A model generated the notes under the pieces. That model was not told the origin of the DNA, did no database searches, and saw only the letters and a program-made list of their open reading frames with translations. DNA of 64,000 bases from Raillietiella orientalis. Taxonomy: Eukaryota. This document shows positions 14,501 to 27,493 of the stretch, one piece after another; the stretch's first letter is position 1; the number at the start of each line of letters is the position of its first letter. Location of the stretch: NCBI GenBank assembly GCA_036172245.1, contig JAYWIR010000009.1, positions 2,046,001-2,110,000 on the forward strand. Reading direction: 5' to 3'. The translations under genes were made by a program, and so were the position numbers.

Positions 14501-14749
14501 GCGCACGTAGCGTCTGCAATGTCATGATCTCGGAATGGGTCACTGTGGGACATAGGGTGGTGCTCTCGCGTTTGCTACTTCCGCGATTTTTGCAAGATTT
14601 AGCGGTAAGTCCACGCGGGTTTCTTACCGCAATTCCTGACCCCAATCTCCCGCCTGATGATTCCTCGAAAGATGTTCATGGCGGGGACCTTGGTCCCCGT
14701 ATTCTTCATCTTCGTCCTTCTTATCATGGCACTCGAGATGAATAGGGCG

Positions 14750-15157
14750 ATGCTGCATCGTACCATGGGATCGTATCGAGGGACATTAACGTTCCCTGTT
14801 GGACAGAACGATAGGGACGCAATCTGCTCCGTCCTGCGCTTCCTGAGGACGGCAGCCGAATGTTCCCATGTGGGACGTATGCGGACTGAACTTGCCAGTA
14901 TCCTAGGAAAGATGCAGAGGACGACCCAGTGGAACGTGATCCCTCCTCCGTACCCTTGCTTTTGTAAATAGTGCTTTCTTTTTGTGTTTTTGTTTGTCTC
15001 TTCCCCCTCCGCTGCCGAGTCGAAGTCGCCGACCTGAGCGCTGACTACTCGGCAAGTTCAGAATTTTTATCGGATGTTGTAGGGTCTATAGCCCTACACA
15101 TGTTTGTTCGTTTGTTTTGTGAAGAAATAAGCTCACCGGCACACCCTGGGTGTGAAA
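14750..15157 (+). mobile_element. Family A 3' end fragment
   Basis: RTELASILGKMQ matches the ORF2 C-terminus. GTGATCCCTCC at ~14936, T-rich tract, tail AAATAAGCTCACCGGCACACCCTGGGTGTGAAA. Confidence 0.75.
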
Positions 15158-16324
15158 CAGCACCGACTGCTGCCACTTCATGGGGAAGATGCGCGTGTCC
15201 ATGAGCACCGGGAGCCATACCAGGTGTTCCACCGAAACATCCAGCGAATCGCTTAGTGCAAAAGACCATTTGAGGTTGTACTCGGGGTCGCATCTCTGGT
15301 CAGCTTATCCGATTTTCATTTTTCGAGCCCCTTCTCCTTCCCGGGGATTTTCATCAAAACTTCCCATTTTGCCGCGATGGTGCTGCTCAGGTGCTCCCTG
15401 AAAGAGAGCAGCGCTGTAGCGAAGGAAGTTCTTCCTGCCCATGCGGTTTTTCCAGGATCCTCCAGGATCTCTTGGAGCGTGAAACGATTGTTGCGCACGA
15501 ACAGGAATCTTCGCACCTGTTCCGTGCCTTGCTCCTGACTACTCGCCCAGGTGCGACCGGTATTCTGTAGCCAGGAGCTACCCATCGCGGGGCGGCAGGA
15601 GATCCATCCTGAGACCTTCCTCGTAACGGTGGCCACCCTTCGAAGCTGCAATCCGCAATGGGAGATGTGACGGTTAAAGACTGCAACGAAAGACTCAAGT
15701 CCCGCAATGCCGGTGACTGGACTGCACTGCGAGGTGTGCAGAAACGCACCAGTTGGTGCTCCATAGCTTTGCTGCAAGGGCAAGAATCCTGAAATAGAGC
15801 AGAAGCCCCAGCCACTCCCGTGGCAGGAGGCCGACACCGCCATCCCGACGCGGAGCGCACAAGCCTTTCAACCGGACTCGGGACCTAGCTTTGCCGCAAA
15901 CGGCGATGCTCAGAAGGTCCTTCGTCCTCTTCCTACTTCACTGTTTCAAGGAACGAACAAAAAGCAGAAGAAGGAGAAGGGAGCCACGGAAGTGTTACTC
16001 ACCAGGACCCAGGTAAAACCTGCTTCCTTGAAATGGGACTCAAGCCAACTCTCAGGCGGGAACGTTGCCTGTCTCGCTCATTAGCAAGGTGAGTTCCTGC
16101 ACCAGGGGAGTGAGCCCTGCTGCAAAACATTGAAAAACTTTCACTGGCAGGCCGTCCTCTCTGGAGCCTTGAGCCTCTTTAGCTTTCTGATGGCGGTAAT
16201 CATTTCACCCACCGTGAAAGGCTCATCAAGGTTCTTTCTGTCTTCCTCCCCGATCGTAAAGGCCCCTTTCAGGAGCAAGAGTCACACGACATCCCGCTCG
16301 GGAGGCGCCCTGGCATACAGGGAG
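15158..16324 (-). mobile_element. Family A ORF2 linker plus post-RT region (RT core deleted); probable 3' half of the outer nested element
   Basis: SLYARAPPERDV, KAPEDGLP, CAPRRDGG, HCGLQLRRVA, RNNRFTLQEILE and KWQQS. It is cut at 15157 by an oppositely oriented tail and at ~16325 by an oppositely oriented head. Confidence 0.8.
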
Positions 16325-16415
16325 CGTGCGGACGTGTTTTTTCTGCGCTCCTGCCGCGCTAGTTTTCTAAGCCTTTTTTCTATTGTGTTAGTGCGTGGTG
16401 CATCGCCGGTGTCCC

Positions 16416-18438
16416 ATGGCAGGAATGCCTGAGGACACCGCGATGGAAGTTGGTGGGGGAGAGGATGGTTCCTCTCCCCAACCCACAGAGGTGGGGCAAC
16501 CGCCCCCACGGAGGAGAGGGCAACCGCCCCCTTGAAAAAGGGGGCAACCGCCTCCTAGGAAACGAGGGCTACCGCCACCTTGAAAAAGGGGGCAACCGCC
16601 CTCGTGGAAAAGGCAGCAACCGCCCCCTTGAAAAAGGGGACAACCGCCGCCTTGGAAAAGGGCGCAACCGCCCCCTTGAAAAAGGGGGCAACCGCGTCTT
16701 CGGATCCGTTTGCTCCATCCACGAGGACCTGGAGCTCCGTGGCTGCAGCGCCATCTCCTGCAGCCTTAGCAGAACAGCGCGCCTACCTTGAACAAGGATA
16801 CAAGCCGTCCTTGATTTACAAGGTAGGAAATCTGTTTGTGGGAAACACCGCTCGTAACTTTGAAAGAGAGTTACAGCGGTTGGATGTAAAAGAGGAAGAC
16901 CTGGAAGGTCTCTCCGTGATGAGTGGGGGCCAGCGGGTGGAGCTGACTTGCAAAAATTCAAGTCTGGCTCAGCGCCTGCTGAACACTCCCATCACTCTGG
17001 AAGGCCGAAAGGTCTTCCCTGTAACGGAGGACCGCTCCATTGTTGCCCACCTTACCGGTGTAGCTCTTCGCATGACCAAAGCTGGCGTGCAGGAAGAGTT
17101 GCAAAAACATGGTACGGTGCACGCGCTCTGGACCAAGCCCAACGTCTTCCAAACATACGGAAGACTGTTCAGTGGCATGGCTGCAGCGCGTGTGACGGGC
17201 CACGAAAACTGTGTGGGCTGCCCCACAAACTCGACGTCGGCAACGAGGTCGTCGACGTCTGGTACGTGGGCAAGCCCAAGTACTGTGGGCACTGTGATGC
17301 AACAGGGCACCTGAAAAAACGGTGCCCCCACATCCAGTGCTTCCACTGCGGCGAAAAGGGCCACCTGCGGAAGGTGTGTCCTAAACGCGAAACCCCGGCT
17401 CCCCCTGCTTTGAAAAAAGCCAAAGGGAAACGCGCGGGGCGATCGGACAAGCCTAAGGAGGCACCCGAGAGGCGGAACCCACAGCCAGAGCCCGAACCCG
17501 TGCAGCAAGCGCCGGTCGAGGGTACTCCCGACGACGCTGGAGAGAGCGAGGGCTGGCATAAGGCGAAGCCCAAAAGTAAAAAATTAAAGAAAACCGAAGA
17601 ACCGACAGCGGAACCCGCGACATCTTCTTTAAATAGGAGACAACGCCGCGCGTTGCTCCGCGAATGTTCGGTCACTTTGGAGCGTGTGGAGGTCCCCGAG
17701 ACCGCCACCGGGGGAGATATCCCCCGCCTCGCTGACGACGAAGTCGCGACCGCGGAAGGCGAACCCTCTGTGCAAGCAGAGGGGGAGCCTAGAGACGCGC
17801 TCGCCGCAATCGAGGACGCCGCCTTCCAGCAGGCGGCGGAAGAGCTCGCGGCCGAACTCGCGGAGCGTGAGAACGGCGTGAGAAAGGCCTTGCGAAGGCC
17901 GGCCGCGAGCAAGGCACCTCCGACAGGTGACCATGAACCGGATGCCGGAAGTGCGTCCTCCTCCGCGGAGGCGCCTCCGAAGAAGACTGGACGGAAGTCC
18001 AAGAATCCCAAGAGGCGCATCCCGACAAAGAAGGAGGGGGACGCACCGGCATCCGAGGGGGAAGCCGGCAGCGTGGGAACGGAGGGAGGGATTTTCCCAC
18101 CCTCCGCTACCGAGCAGCTGGCGACCCCCATGGAGGAGGGGGATAAGGTGAGTGATTGCCGCCCCCTCCCAACGGTGGAACCTGCTCAGGAGATAGCCAT
18201 GGAGGAGGGGGAGCAGACAGCTGACAACCGCTCCCCCCTGCCGTCCAGCGCAGCCGATGAATCGGCCCCCATGGAAGAGGGGGAGCAGGTGCGTGAAACC
18301 CGCCCCCTTCAACCGTTGCGGTTCGCCGAGGAATCGTCCTCCATGGAGGAGGGAGAAGCGGTGCGCGACGCACCCCCTCCTCCTAGCGTCCCGCCCGACA
18401 AGGTGGCGGGAGCCCCATTGCCAATTTCCCAGGATTAA
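16416..18438 (+). pseudogene. ORF1 (gag-like): two CCHC knuckles and acidic PMEEG repeats; 2 frameshifts
   Basis: Starts MAGMPEDTAMEVG. Contains CGHCDATGHLKKRC and CFHCGEKGHLRKVC. Ends ISQD*. Frame changes near 16495 and ~17200. Confidence 0.85.
16494..16696 (+). repeat. 24-nt tandem repeat (~8-9 copies) in ORF1 N-terminus
   Basis: Unit GGGCAACCGCCCCCTTGAAAAAGG, encoding KKGATAPL-like units. Confidence 0.9.
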
Positions 18439-19244
18439 CACCTGGACTCGCCTGTCGCCGTCGATTACGCGTGGCCTGCTGGAACGTCAACGGGCTGCGC
18501 GACGACGGCAACAGACGGGACACGGCCGCCACCCTGCGTGACTTCGACCTGGCGCTCCTGCAGGAGATCCACGTGATCACCGCGGAGAACGCCCAGGAGA
18601 TCGAAAGGATCGCAGGGGGGCGGCTTGTGTGGCAATGCGGCGCCGGCAAAACCTGTGGGGTCGCGTTCTTCATGAAGCCGGCGGTCGATGCAGCCGTGAA
18701 GGGCGTGCGCTTCGACGAAGCCGGTCGTGTCGGCCAGCTGATTCTCAGGTGGTCCGACGCGATCGACCTCGTCGTAACAAACGTGTACGCCCCGAGCGGT
18801 CCTGCTAGGTACCAGGAACGTGCGGCGTTCCTGGAAACCCTGAAGCGCGACTGGCTGGTGGAAGCGAACGTGCGCAGGGCTCACCTGATTGCTGGAGATT
18901 TCAACCTGCGCCTGCTCTCAGGTGATGCCCACGCACAGGAGCGGACGGCCAACGAGTTGTGCGCTGCCATGCGCACGCGCAACTTGTTGGGGGATCTCCC
19001 GGGAATGGCCAACAGCATCGACCATTTTTTCCTGGATGCTGACCTGTGTCCACGGGTCGGCAATCGGGGGAGAGTTGCGTCGACGCTGTCGGACCATTCC
19101 CGGCTAATTATCGAGGTATGCCCGCGCGACAAGGGTCCCCCTTCCAGGGCGTGGCGGCTGCCTGGGGACTGGACGCGACTCTCAGGTGCGGAAGAACATC
19201 TTCGCCAATTCCTGAGAGGCGTCACCCTCCGGAATCTCGCTTGA
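18438..19244 (+). pseudogene. APE endonuclease domain of ORF2, truncated by an insertion
   Basis: WNVNG, LQEIH, NVYAP, AGDFN, IDHF and LSDH motifs. Confidence 0.9.
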
Positions 19245-22200
19245 AACCCGGGTGCGCCGGGACGTTTATTCTCACGAATAAACCTATATAATCTGTGACT
19301 GGACCGGTAGTCCAGCCACTCCCTGGAAAGATATAGCTTGCCGGGCTACCGGTGCGCAGACCGGCGCGGTCGACCTCGGCAGCAGAGGGGAGGGGGAACG
19401 AAACAAAAAGAAAACAAAAAAATAAACAAAAATCAGGGAGGGAGCGGGAAGGGATCACAGTCTGCTGGGAGGGTCCGTCATCCTCTGGAGGATGCCGGCA
19501 AGCTGTTTCTGCGTGTGTGGTTCCAGATGGGGCCATCGCGTCGCCATCCTGAGGAAACGGGCGGCATACACGTTGGCATCCCTGTCGCTGGATCCTCCCG
19601 TCGCTTTGCTCCATGCCACGACGATCCCGTGTAGGCAGCACAGGGCTGCAAGCGAGGCCGCTGGAGGCAGGGCGTCACGGACGAAGAGGGGGCGCAAAGC
19701 GTCTCTGGGGTTGCCTCCGGGGATCCCCAGGGCTGCGGCAAAGCGTTCCCACAAGGGACGGAGGGCAACACAATCCACTAACAGGTGGGGGAGGTATTCC
19801 CTCTCCCCGCACCTGACACAATTAGGGTTGACACCCCCCCGCGTCCAGTGGTGTCGGCGGGCGTTGCAAGGAAGCCCCCAATGCAACACCAGCAGTGCCG
19901 ACTGTTGCCACTTCATGGAGAGGGTGCGCGAGTCCATGAGCACCGGGGGCCACTCGAGATGTTCCTCTGGAACATCCAGTAGCTCTCCCCAGCGCAAGAG
20001 TCCATTTGGGGTGGTCCTCGGGGTCGCAGCGTTGGTGAGCTGACCCGTTCTCCAATCCCCGATCTTCTTTGCCCTGCTGGCGATCTTGACAGTAACCTCC
20101 CATTGTGCCGCGACGTCGCTGCCCAGATGTTCCCGTAGGGTAGGCAGTACCGTAGCAAGGGAGGTTCTTTGTGCCCACGCTCTCCTTCGGGGATCCTCGA
20201 TGATTTCTCGGAGCGTGCGGTAAGCATGCGGCCCGAAAAGAGCTATTCGCTAGTGTTGCGGGCTCTGCTCCTGAATCATCGCCCACGTGCGCACGGTTTC
20301 CTGCAGCCAGGCAGGACCGTTCGCGGGGCGTACGAGGATCCGCGCCGAGTTGTTCTTCACGAGCTTTGCCGCCCTCCGAAGTTGAAGTCCGCAGTGGCAG
20401 ATGGGGCTTCGGAGTGCAAAGTAGGACGAGAGTCCCGCATTGCCGGTGGCCCGCTCGACGAGGAGACGTGCAGGGAGGCACCAAGGGGTGCACCAATTTT
20501 CTGCCATAAAGGCGACAACTCGGAACTGGAGCTGTAGCTCCAGCCGCTCCAACGTCAGGAGGCCCAGACCACCATCCCGACGAGGAGCGCACAAGTCCGA
20601 AAGACGGACTCGGGGCCTCCCTCTGCACCAAAGGGCGATCCTCAGGAGGTCCTTCGTCCTCTTCTTTGACTCCGCTGAGGGGGGGCAAACAAAAAGCAAG
20701 GGGCGAAGGAGGGGGGCCGCAAACGCGTTCCACGCCGCGGCCCGTTCATGCAGGAAGAACCTGCGGTCCTGGAACGGGCCGATCGCCGCCTGAGCCTTCT
20801 GAAGGCAGCCGGACCACGCTTCCGCAGGGGAGTAATCTCCCAACGGCACACCAAGGTACTTGAAGTACCTCACCGTGGGGATCCCCAAACGGACCCAGTC
20901 CTGCTGCCCTGCCCACGCCGCTCCGACTGGCATTACGGACGACTTCGCCCTGTTTACCGTCAGTCCTGTTCCCCGACTCAGCAGGTCGAAGAATTCCTCG
21001 ACCGCCGAGGCCGGGGTGGACATAGGCAGCAGCAGCAGAAGGTCGTCCGCGTACGCCGAAACCGCAGGCGTACCGGGACAATCGCACGGCAGGTGCGCCA
21101 GAGTCTCCCTGTACGCTCTCAGCACCAATTCGAAATAGGCGCTGAAGAGCAAGGGGCTCAGGCTGTCTCCCTGCCGTATGCCGCGTCGCACCGGTACGCC
21201 GTACACGGTGGATCCACTAAAAAAGACATTAATAAGCGCGTCGCGCCAGCTGGAGCGCAGGTAGGCCAGCAAAGAGGCCGGGAAGCCCAAGCGTTCCAGA
21301 AGATCCAAAAGGAGATTCTGGTCGACTCAATCGAATGCTTTGTGCAAATCGACTGCGACCGCGAGGGCTCCTCTCCCCTCCCGACCATCCCGTCCCCCAC
21401 CAACGGACGCACCGGAATTCCGGTTGCTTATTATGCTCCTTCCTTGTTGGAGCTCTAACCATGTGGAAGCGTGGAACAGGTTCGCCTCCATACTTCGCCC
21501 GGGAACAGCATATGTCTGTTCCGAGCTGATGAAGATGTTGGCGACCCGTCCCAGGCGCTCTGCCCACAGCTTGGCTAGCAACTTAGCGTCCGCATTCACT
21601 ATTGTGATGGGACGCCAGTTGTTCATGCTCCTAAGGTCTCCTCCTTTAGGGAGGAGCCGCACCTTTGCTGAACGAAACGAGGTGGGAACGTCACCTGTTT
21701 CGCGGATCAGCAAGGTGAGCTGATGTACCAGGGGAGTAAGCTCTGCCGCGAAAGTTTGATAAAACTCCGCAGGCAGGCCGTCCTCCCCTGGAGCCTTTCG
21801 CCTCTTGAGCTTTCCGATGGCCGAGAGGATCTCGTCCATCGTGAAAGGCTCGTCAAGGGTCTTTCTCTGCTCCTTTTCGATCGCTGGAGCGCCTTCCGGA
21901 AGCAGGAGTCGTGAGACGTTCCTCTCCGGAGGTGCCCTGGCATACAGGGAGGAGTAGTAACTCCGCAGCAGGCCGCGGATTTGGGCAGGTGCCGAGTGCT
22001 CCTGGCCCTGATCGTCCAGTAAGCTGGCCGATCCGGACTGCCAGGCTTGCCTCTCGGCTCCCGCTTTGTATTCCGCCAGCCTGCGGATGTCAAGGGTCCT
22101 GGCGTGATGACGGGCTTGCAGGTAGGCTCGTTCGTTACGGACCCCGGTCCCAAAACCCGTAGGTAGGCGCTGCAGAGGGAACTGGTTGCAGAACTCCTGG

Positions 22201-23418
22201 ACCGACCGCTTGAAGCGGTCCCAATCCTGGAGTGTCCGCAGCCTGAAGCTCCGTATGAACGTGCGGAGATGTTCCGCCGCGTCCGGGAGCTTCAGCCAGT
22301 CCCCTGGGAGACGCCACGCTGACGAGGGGGGGCCCCTGTCGCGCGGATGGATCTCGAGGACTAGCGGGCGATGGTCGGACAGCTCGCACGGTAACTTGCC
22401 GCGCCTGCCCAAGCGAGGGCACAGGTGCTCGTCAAGAAACACGTGGTCAATGCTGTCGTCCATCCCCGGTGCACTGGCCAACAAATTACAGGTGTGCACC
22501 GCCATGCACACCTCGTTGACCAGGTCACGCTCGGGATTCTGCCCATCTGGTTTCAGGCGAACGTTGAAATCGCCTGCAACCAGATGGGCATTCCGCACGC
22601 CTGCTTTGGTCAGCCAGTCGCGCCGGAGGGCAAGGAAAAACTCTTTCCTCGCCCTCCTGTTCATCAGGTCCGCGCCGCTCGGTGCGTACACGTTCGTGAC
22701 GATCAGATCGATCGAGTCGGACCACCTGAGAGTCAGCTGGCCGACACGACCGTGATCGTCGAACCGCACGCCCCGAGCCGCGGCCTCGACGGCTGGCCGA
22801 AGCAGGTAGGCGACACCGCAACTTTTCGCTCTCCCACACCTGTACCATAGCCGCCCTCCGGAGATCCGTTCGATCTCTTGCGCTTGTTCTGCAGAGATCA
22901 CGTGGATCTCCTGCAGCAGCGCAAGGTCGTAGGACTCCAGAAGGGCGGCCATGTCTCGTCTCCTGCCGGCGTCTGTCATGCCGTTCACGTTCCAAACGGC
23001 GATGCGCAGACTACGGCGGGAGGAGATTCCCGGCATTACTGCTGGGAAGATTAAGGTGTGGGGGAGCCCACCTCTTGTGAGGCAGGCGGGATTTCCATGG
23101 TGGTTTCGGCCTTTTCAGGCACCTGAGGCACCTGTTCGGCCTCCACCCCCTCCATCCCCTCCGTGTCCGCGCGTGGGAGTCTTTCGGGCGACGGGTCCCG
23201 AGAGTTTCTCACGCTCATGGCACCCTCGCTTGCGGAAGCCATCTCTTCCCCCTCGACGGGGGAGACGAGCTTCCTTGGCTTTGTGGACTTACGTCCAGCC
23301 TTCTTGCGGGGTGCCGTGGAAACGGAGGCTGCGCTTCCGGCCTCCACCTCGGGGTCGGAAGTGGGTGACTCCTGAGGGGAGGCCGGACGCCTTACGGCCT
23401 TCTTGCCAGCCTTGGAGG
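19241..23418 (-). mobile_element. Family A element, 5'-truncated in ORF1; has the most complete ORF2 (APE-RT-zinc finger)
   Basis: ORF 23036-21327 covers APE and RT N-part, then a TGA where other copies read C in AFDC. In-frame ORF 21308-20250 has QGDSLSP, YADD and KYLG. C-terminus CVRCGEREYLPHLLVDC. Tail at 19241-19270. Confidence 0.95.
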
Positions 23419-26400
23419 TTTACACCCGGGTACGCCCGGGGCGTTTATTTTCAAAAAACTCTACATCCGCGGTACAAGGCCCCGCTCACGGCCATATGCA
23501 CTGGACCTGCCGGGACGCCGGGACGCAGCCCAGCGTAGCGTTCCTCATCAGCGAAGGGGGATGGGGATAAAACAAAAAGAAAAATAAAGAATAAACAGAC
23601 AAAAAGAAGTTGGAGGGCAGGGAAGGGATCACTAAACGCTGTGAGGAGGGCCCATCCGTTGAAGGAAGCCCTCGAGGTCCGTCCGTATATTCCCCAGTTG
23701 GGACCATCCGGCAGCTCTCCGCATTAAGCGTTGGGCGTATGGGATGACATCCCTCGCGTGTGTACCAACTCCTTCGTTCTTGGCGTCGCTCCATGCCGCC
23801 ACGATACCACGGACGCAGCTCAAGGCTGCGATGGCTGCGGCTGGCTGCAGTGCGTCCTTCGCGAAGAGGGGCCGAAGAACGTCTCTGGGGGTGCTGCCCG
23901 TAGGGAGCCCTAGGGTCGCCCCGAACCGTTCCCAAAGGGGTCGGAGGGCAGCACAATCCACAATAAGGTGGGGGAACGACTCCCGCTTTCCGCACCTGGC
24001 ACAAGCAGGATCCACAGCTCCCCTCGTCCAGTGGAAGCGGCGCGCGTTGCGGGGTAGACCCCAGTGCAACAGGAGCAACGCCGACTCTTGCCACTTGAGG
24101 GGCAGCATCCTGGATTCCTTCATCACCGGGGGCCACTTCAGCACATCCGTAGGGATGGCGAGCAGCTCGCCCCATCTCAACAATCCACGCGGCTGGACGC
24201 TCGGTGTCGTGGCGTCCGCCAGTTCTCCTGTGGTCCAGCCGCTTAACATCTTCTCCCTGCCTGAGATCTGGCAGGTGACTTGCCACCTTGGCTTCTGGCG
24301 ATCCTGAAGCGCCCTTAGGAGGTAGGGCATCGCCGTAGCAAGGGGGGTCGTCAACGCCCACCTTTGACTCCGGGGAAATTCCAGTATTTCCCGCAGGGTG
24401 CGGTTGGCGTATGGGCCGATTCGCAGGCAGTTCATGTTGTCTTCTCTCCTCCGGTTCTGCTTGGCCCATGTGCCAGCAGTCTCCTCCAGCCAGGCGGAGG
24501 AGTTGGCGGGGCCACAAACCATCCAACCGTTCGTCTTCGCCAGGGTTGCTATGCGTCCGAGCATAAGGCCGCATCTTCGGATCTTCCGGCCAGGGCACAG
24601 AAGAAACGACGCGAGTCCTTCGCATCGGGACACACGCCTGGCGAGGAGGCGGGCCGGAACGCATCAAGGGGTGCTCCACATCTTCGCTGCGATGGCGAGG
24701 GTTCGCCACCGCAGCTGGATTTCCACGCGCTCCAGCGTCAGGAGGCCAAGGCCGCCGTCCCGACGCGGAGCGCACAAGTCCCTCAGAGGGACTCGGGGCC
24801 TCCCCTTGCCCCAAAGGGCGATACGTAGGAGGTCCTTCGTCCTCTTTTTGCATTCTCTGGAGGCGGGGCAAACAAAAAGCAAGGGGCGGAGGATGGGGGC
24901 CGCAAAAGCGTTCCAAACCGCGGCCCGTTCCGGCAAGTGAAACTTGCCTTCCAGGAACGGGCCGATCGCCGTCTCAACTTTTTGAAGGCAGCTGGACCAC
25001 GCTTCCGCAGGGGAGTAATCTCCCAACGGCACACCAAGGTACTTGAGGCACCTCGCCGTGGGGATCCCCAGACGGACCCAGTCCTGCTGCCCTGCCCACG
25101 CCGCTCCGACTGGCATTACGGACGACTTCGCCCTGTTCACCGTCAGTCCTGTTCCCCGACTCAGCAGGTCGAAGAATTCCTCGACCGCCGAGGCCGGGGT
25201 GGACATAGGCAGCAGCAGCAGAAGGTCGTCGGCATAGGCTGCTACGGCGGGCGTGCCGCGGCACGAGCTCGGCAAGGGGGCCAAAGTCACCCTGTAGGCT
25301 CTCAGCACCAACTCAAAGTAGGTGCTGAAGAGCAGGGGACTCAGGCTATCGCCCTGCCTGATGCCCCGCCGCACCGGCACGCCATACACCTTCTGACTAC
25401 TGAAAGAGATGCAGATTATCGCATTCCGCCAGCAAGAGCGCAGGTAGGTAATCAAGGAGGGTGGGAAGCCCATGCGACCCAGAAGCTCCAACAAAAGCTC
25501 CTGGTCAACACAGTCGAACGCCTTATGGAGATCGACATGTGGCCCGTTGACATTCCAACAGGCCACGCGCATCCAACGGCGACAGGCGAGCCCAGGTGTT
25601 AATCCTGGGAAAGTGGCAGTGCGGCGTCCGCCACCTGGTCGGGCGGAACGCTTGGAGGCGGACGGGTCGGTGCGTCGAGCACCTGTTCCTCCTCCTCCAT
25701 TGGTGTCGGCGCGTCAGGCGGATCGCCCGAAGATGTGGTCGCGCCTACCTGATCGCCCTCCTCCATAGGGGCGGGCTGTTCGGGTTCGGCGCATGTAGGG
25801 TTGGCTTCGTTACCCTGCTCACCTTCCTCCATAGGCGTCGCCTGTGCGCCGGCTTCCGAGCGTGGTAGTTCCCCCTCCGGGTTTCCCACGCTGCCTTCGG
25901 CTTCCGGCTTCTCCTCCTCGTTCGAAGCGGGAGGGCACCTCTTGGGCTTTTGGGACTTACGTCCTGCCTTTCGAGGAGGTGTCTCCGCGGAGGATGATGA
26001 GTTTCCGGCCTCCCGGTCGGACTCACCTGCGGGAGGCATTTTCCTCGGAGCCGGCCTGCGGACGCCCTTACGCGACGGGGTTCCGCGCTCGGCGAGCGTT
26101 GCCGCGAGCTCCTCCGCGGCCTTCTCGAAGGCCGCGTCATCGCTGCCTGCCAACGTTGCCGCGGGCTCCTCCGCGACCTTATCAAACGTGGCGTCCTCGC
26201 TTTCGGAGCGCGAGTCTCGCGTCTCACCCTCTAAACATAGAGTGAGCTCGTCCACGCTACTTTCGATCGCGACCCCATCAGCTGTTTGCTGAACATTGCC
26301 GCGGGCGACCTCCGCAGGAACGGCTAAGCGTTCCAATGCCACCGAGCACTCGCGGAGTTTTTTTGAAAGCGGCGCGGCTTTTTTCTTTTTGCCGGCAGTT

Positions 26401-27493
26401 TTCTTCTCCGAATTTTGCTCTCCCAGAATCTTCTTTTTTTCTTTTCTGACCTTAACCAGTTGCCATCCCTCCTCCACTTCCGCGTCTTCCGCGGTTTTAT
26501 CCTCCGACGCCTGGGTGGGAGAAGGTGGAGATGGCGGCTGGGGCTGGCCATTGTCACGCGCTGGTCTTTCCACCAGCTTTCCGCGCTTTCCCTGTGCCTT
26601 TTTGGCAGCAGGGGGCACCGGGGTGGGGCGCTTAGGGCACACGCGTCGCACGTGCCCCTTCTCCCCGCATAAGTGGCACACAATGTTCGGGCACCTTTTT
26701 CTAAGATGCCCTACTGCATTGCGGTAGCCACAAAATTGGGGTTTCCCCACAAACCAAAGGTCTACCGGTTCTTGGCAGACCTCCAGTTTGTGGGGAAGCG
26801 CACCACCCTCTTTCACCGTGACACGGGCCGCGGCCTGGCCTCCGAAAATGCTATTGAAGCCATCAAAAATCGTAGGCTTCGGCCACAACGCGTGCACTTC
26901 CCCGTGCTTCCGCAGCTGATCACCAACCGCTGACCGCGTCATGCGGCTGGTGATCCCGGTGAGATGGATCACTACAGAGGGGTCCATCATCACCGGCAAG
27001 ATCTTCCGACCATCAACGATGAGCGGGTCGGTGATCAGGCGTTGGGTCAAGGTGATATCTTTGCATACCACCTCGACCCGCTGACCCCGCTGAGGACGGA
27101 GAGGCCGTCAAGATCATGCTCCCGAATATTTGCGTTCTGCAGCGCCTTCGAGAAGGCGCGTGCAGTCCGCCCATCAATTAATGGTCCTACCTTATATATG
27201 AGCGAGGGTTTATATCCTGCTGCTCGGTAGGCCATTTGTTCCGCCAAGGCTTCGGCGCTGGGCGCTGCCACCATGGCACTCCAAGTCCTCGTCTGTAGCG
27301 GCGGGGACGATTCCGGGGCGGATGCCCCTGATCCAGTAAGCTGTGGGGGCGAACTAGCCTCCCCCACGCCTACTTCCATCGCGGTGTCCTCTGGCAACGC
27401 AGCCATCGGACACCGACGATGTGAACGCACAAAACACTTGAAGAAAAACGCTCCTCTTGCCACGCAGGCGGAGCGACGGAAAAACACGTCCGC
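23419..27493 (-). mobile_element. Family A element with both ends and an internal deletion of APE and RT N-terminus
   Basis: Head GCGGACGTGTTTTTCC at 27493. ORF1 ~27407-25599 with a frameshift at ~27070. ORF2 reads VACWNVNG-PH-VDLHKAFD, then YADD and CARCGKRESFPHLIVDC. Tail at 23419-23449. Confidence 0.93.

Larger units (their letters stand above)
16326..19240 (+). mobile_element. Family A element, 5' half (head, ORF1, APE); middle layer of the nest
   Basis: Head GCGGACGTGTTTTTT at 16328. ORF1 is followed by the APE domain, which stops abruptly at the antisense tail of another copy. Confidence 0.9.

Noticed and set aside
16494..16696. CRISPR-like periodic repeat
   Set aside because: Contiguous 24-nt coding minisatellite with no unique spacers, in a eukaryotic context.
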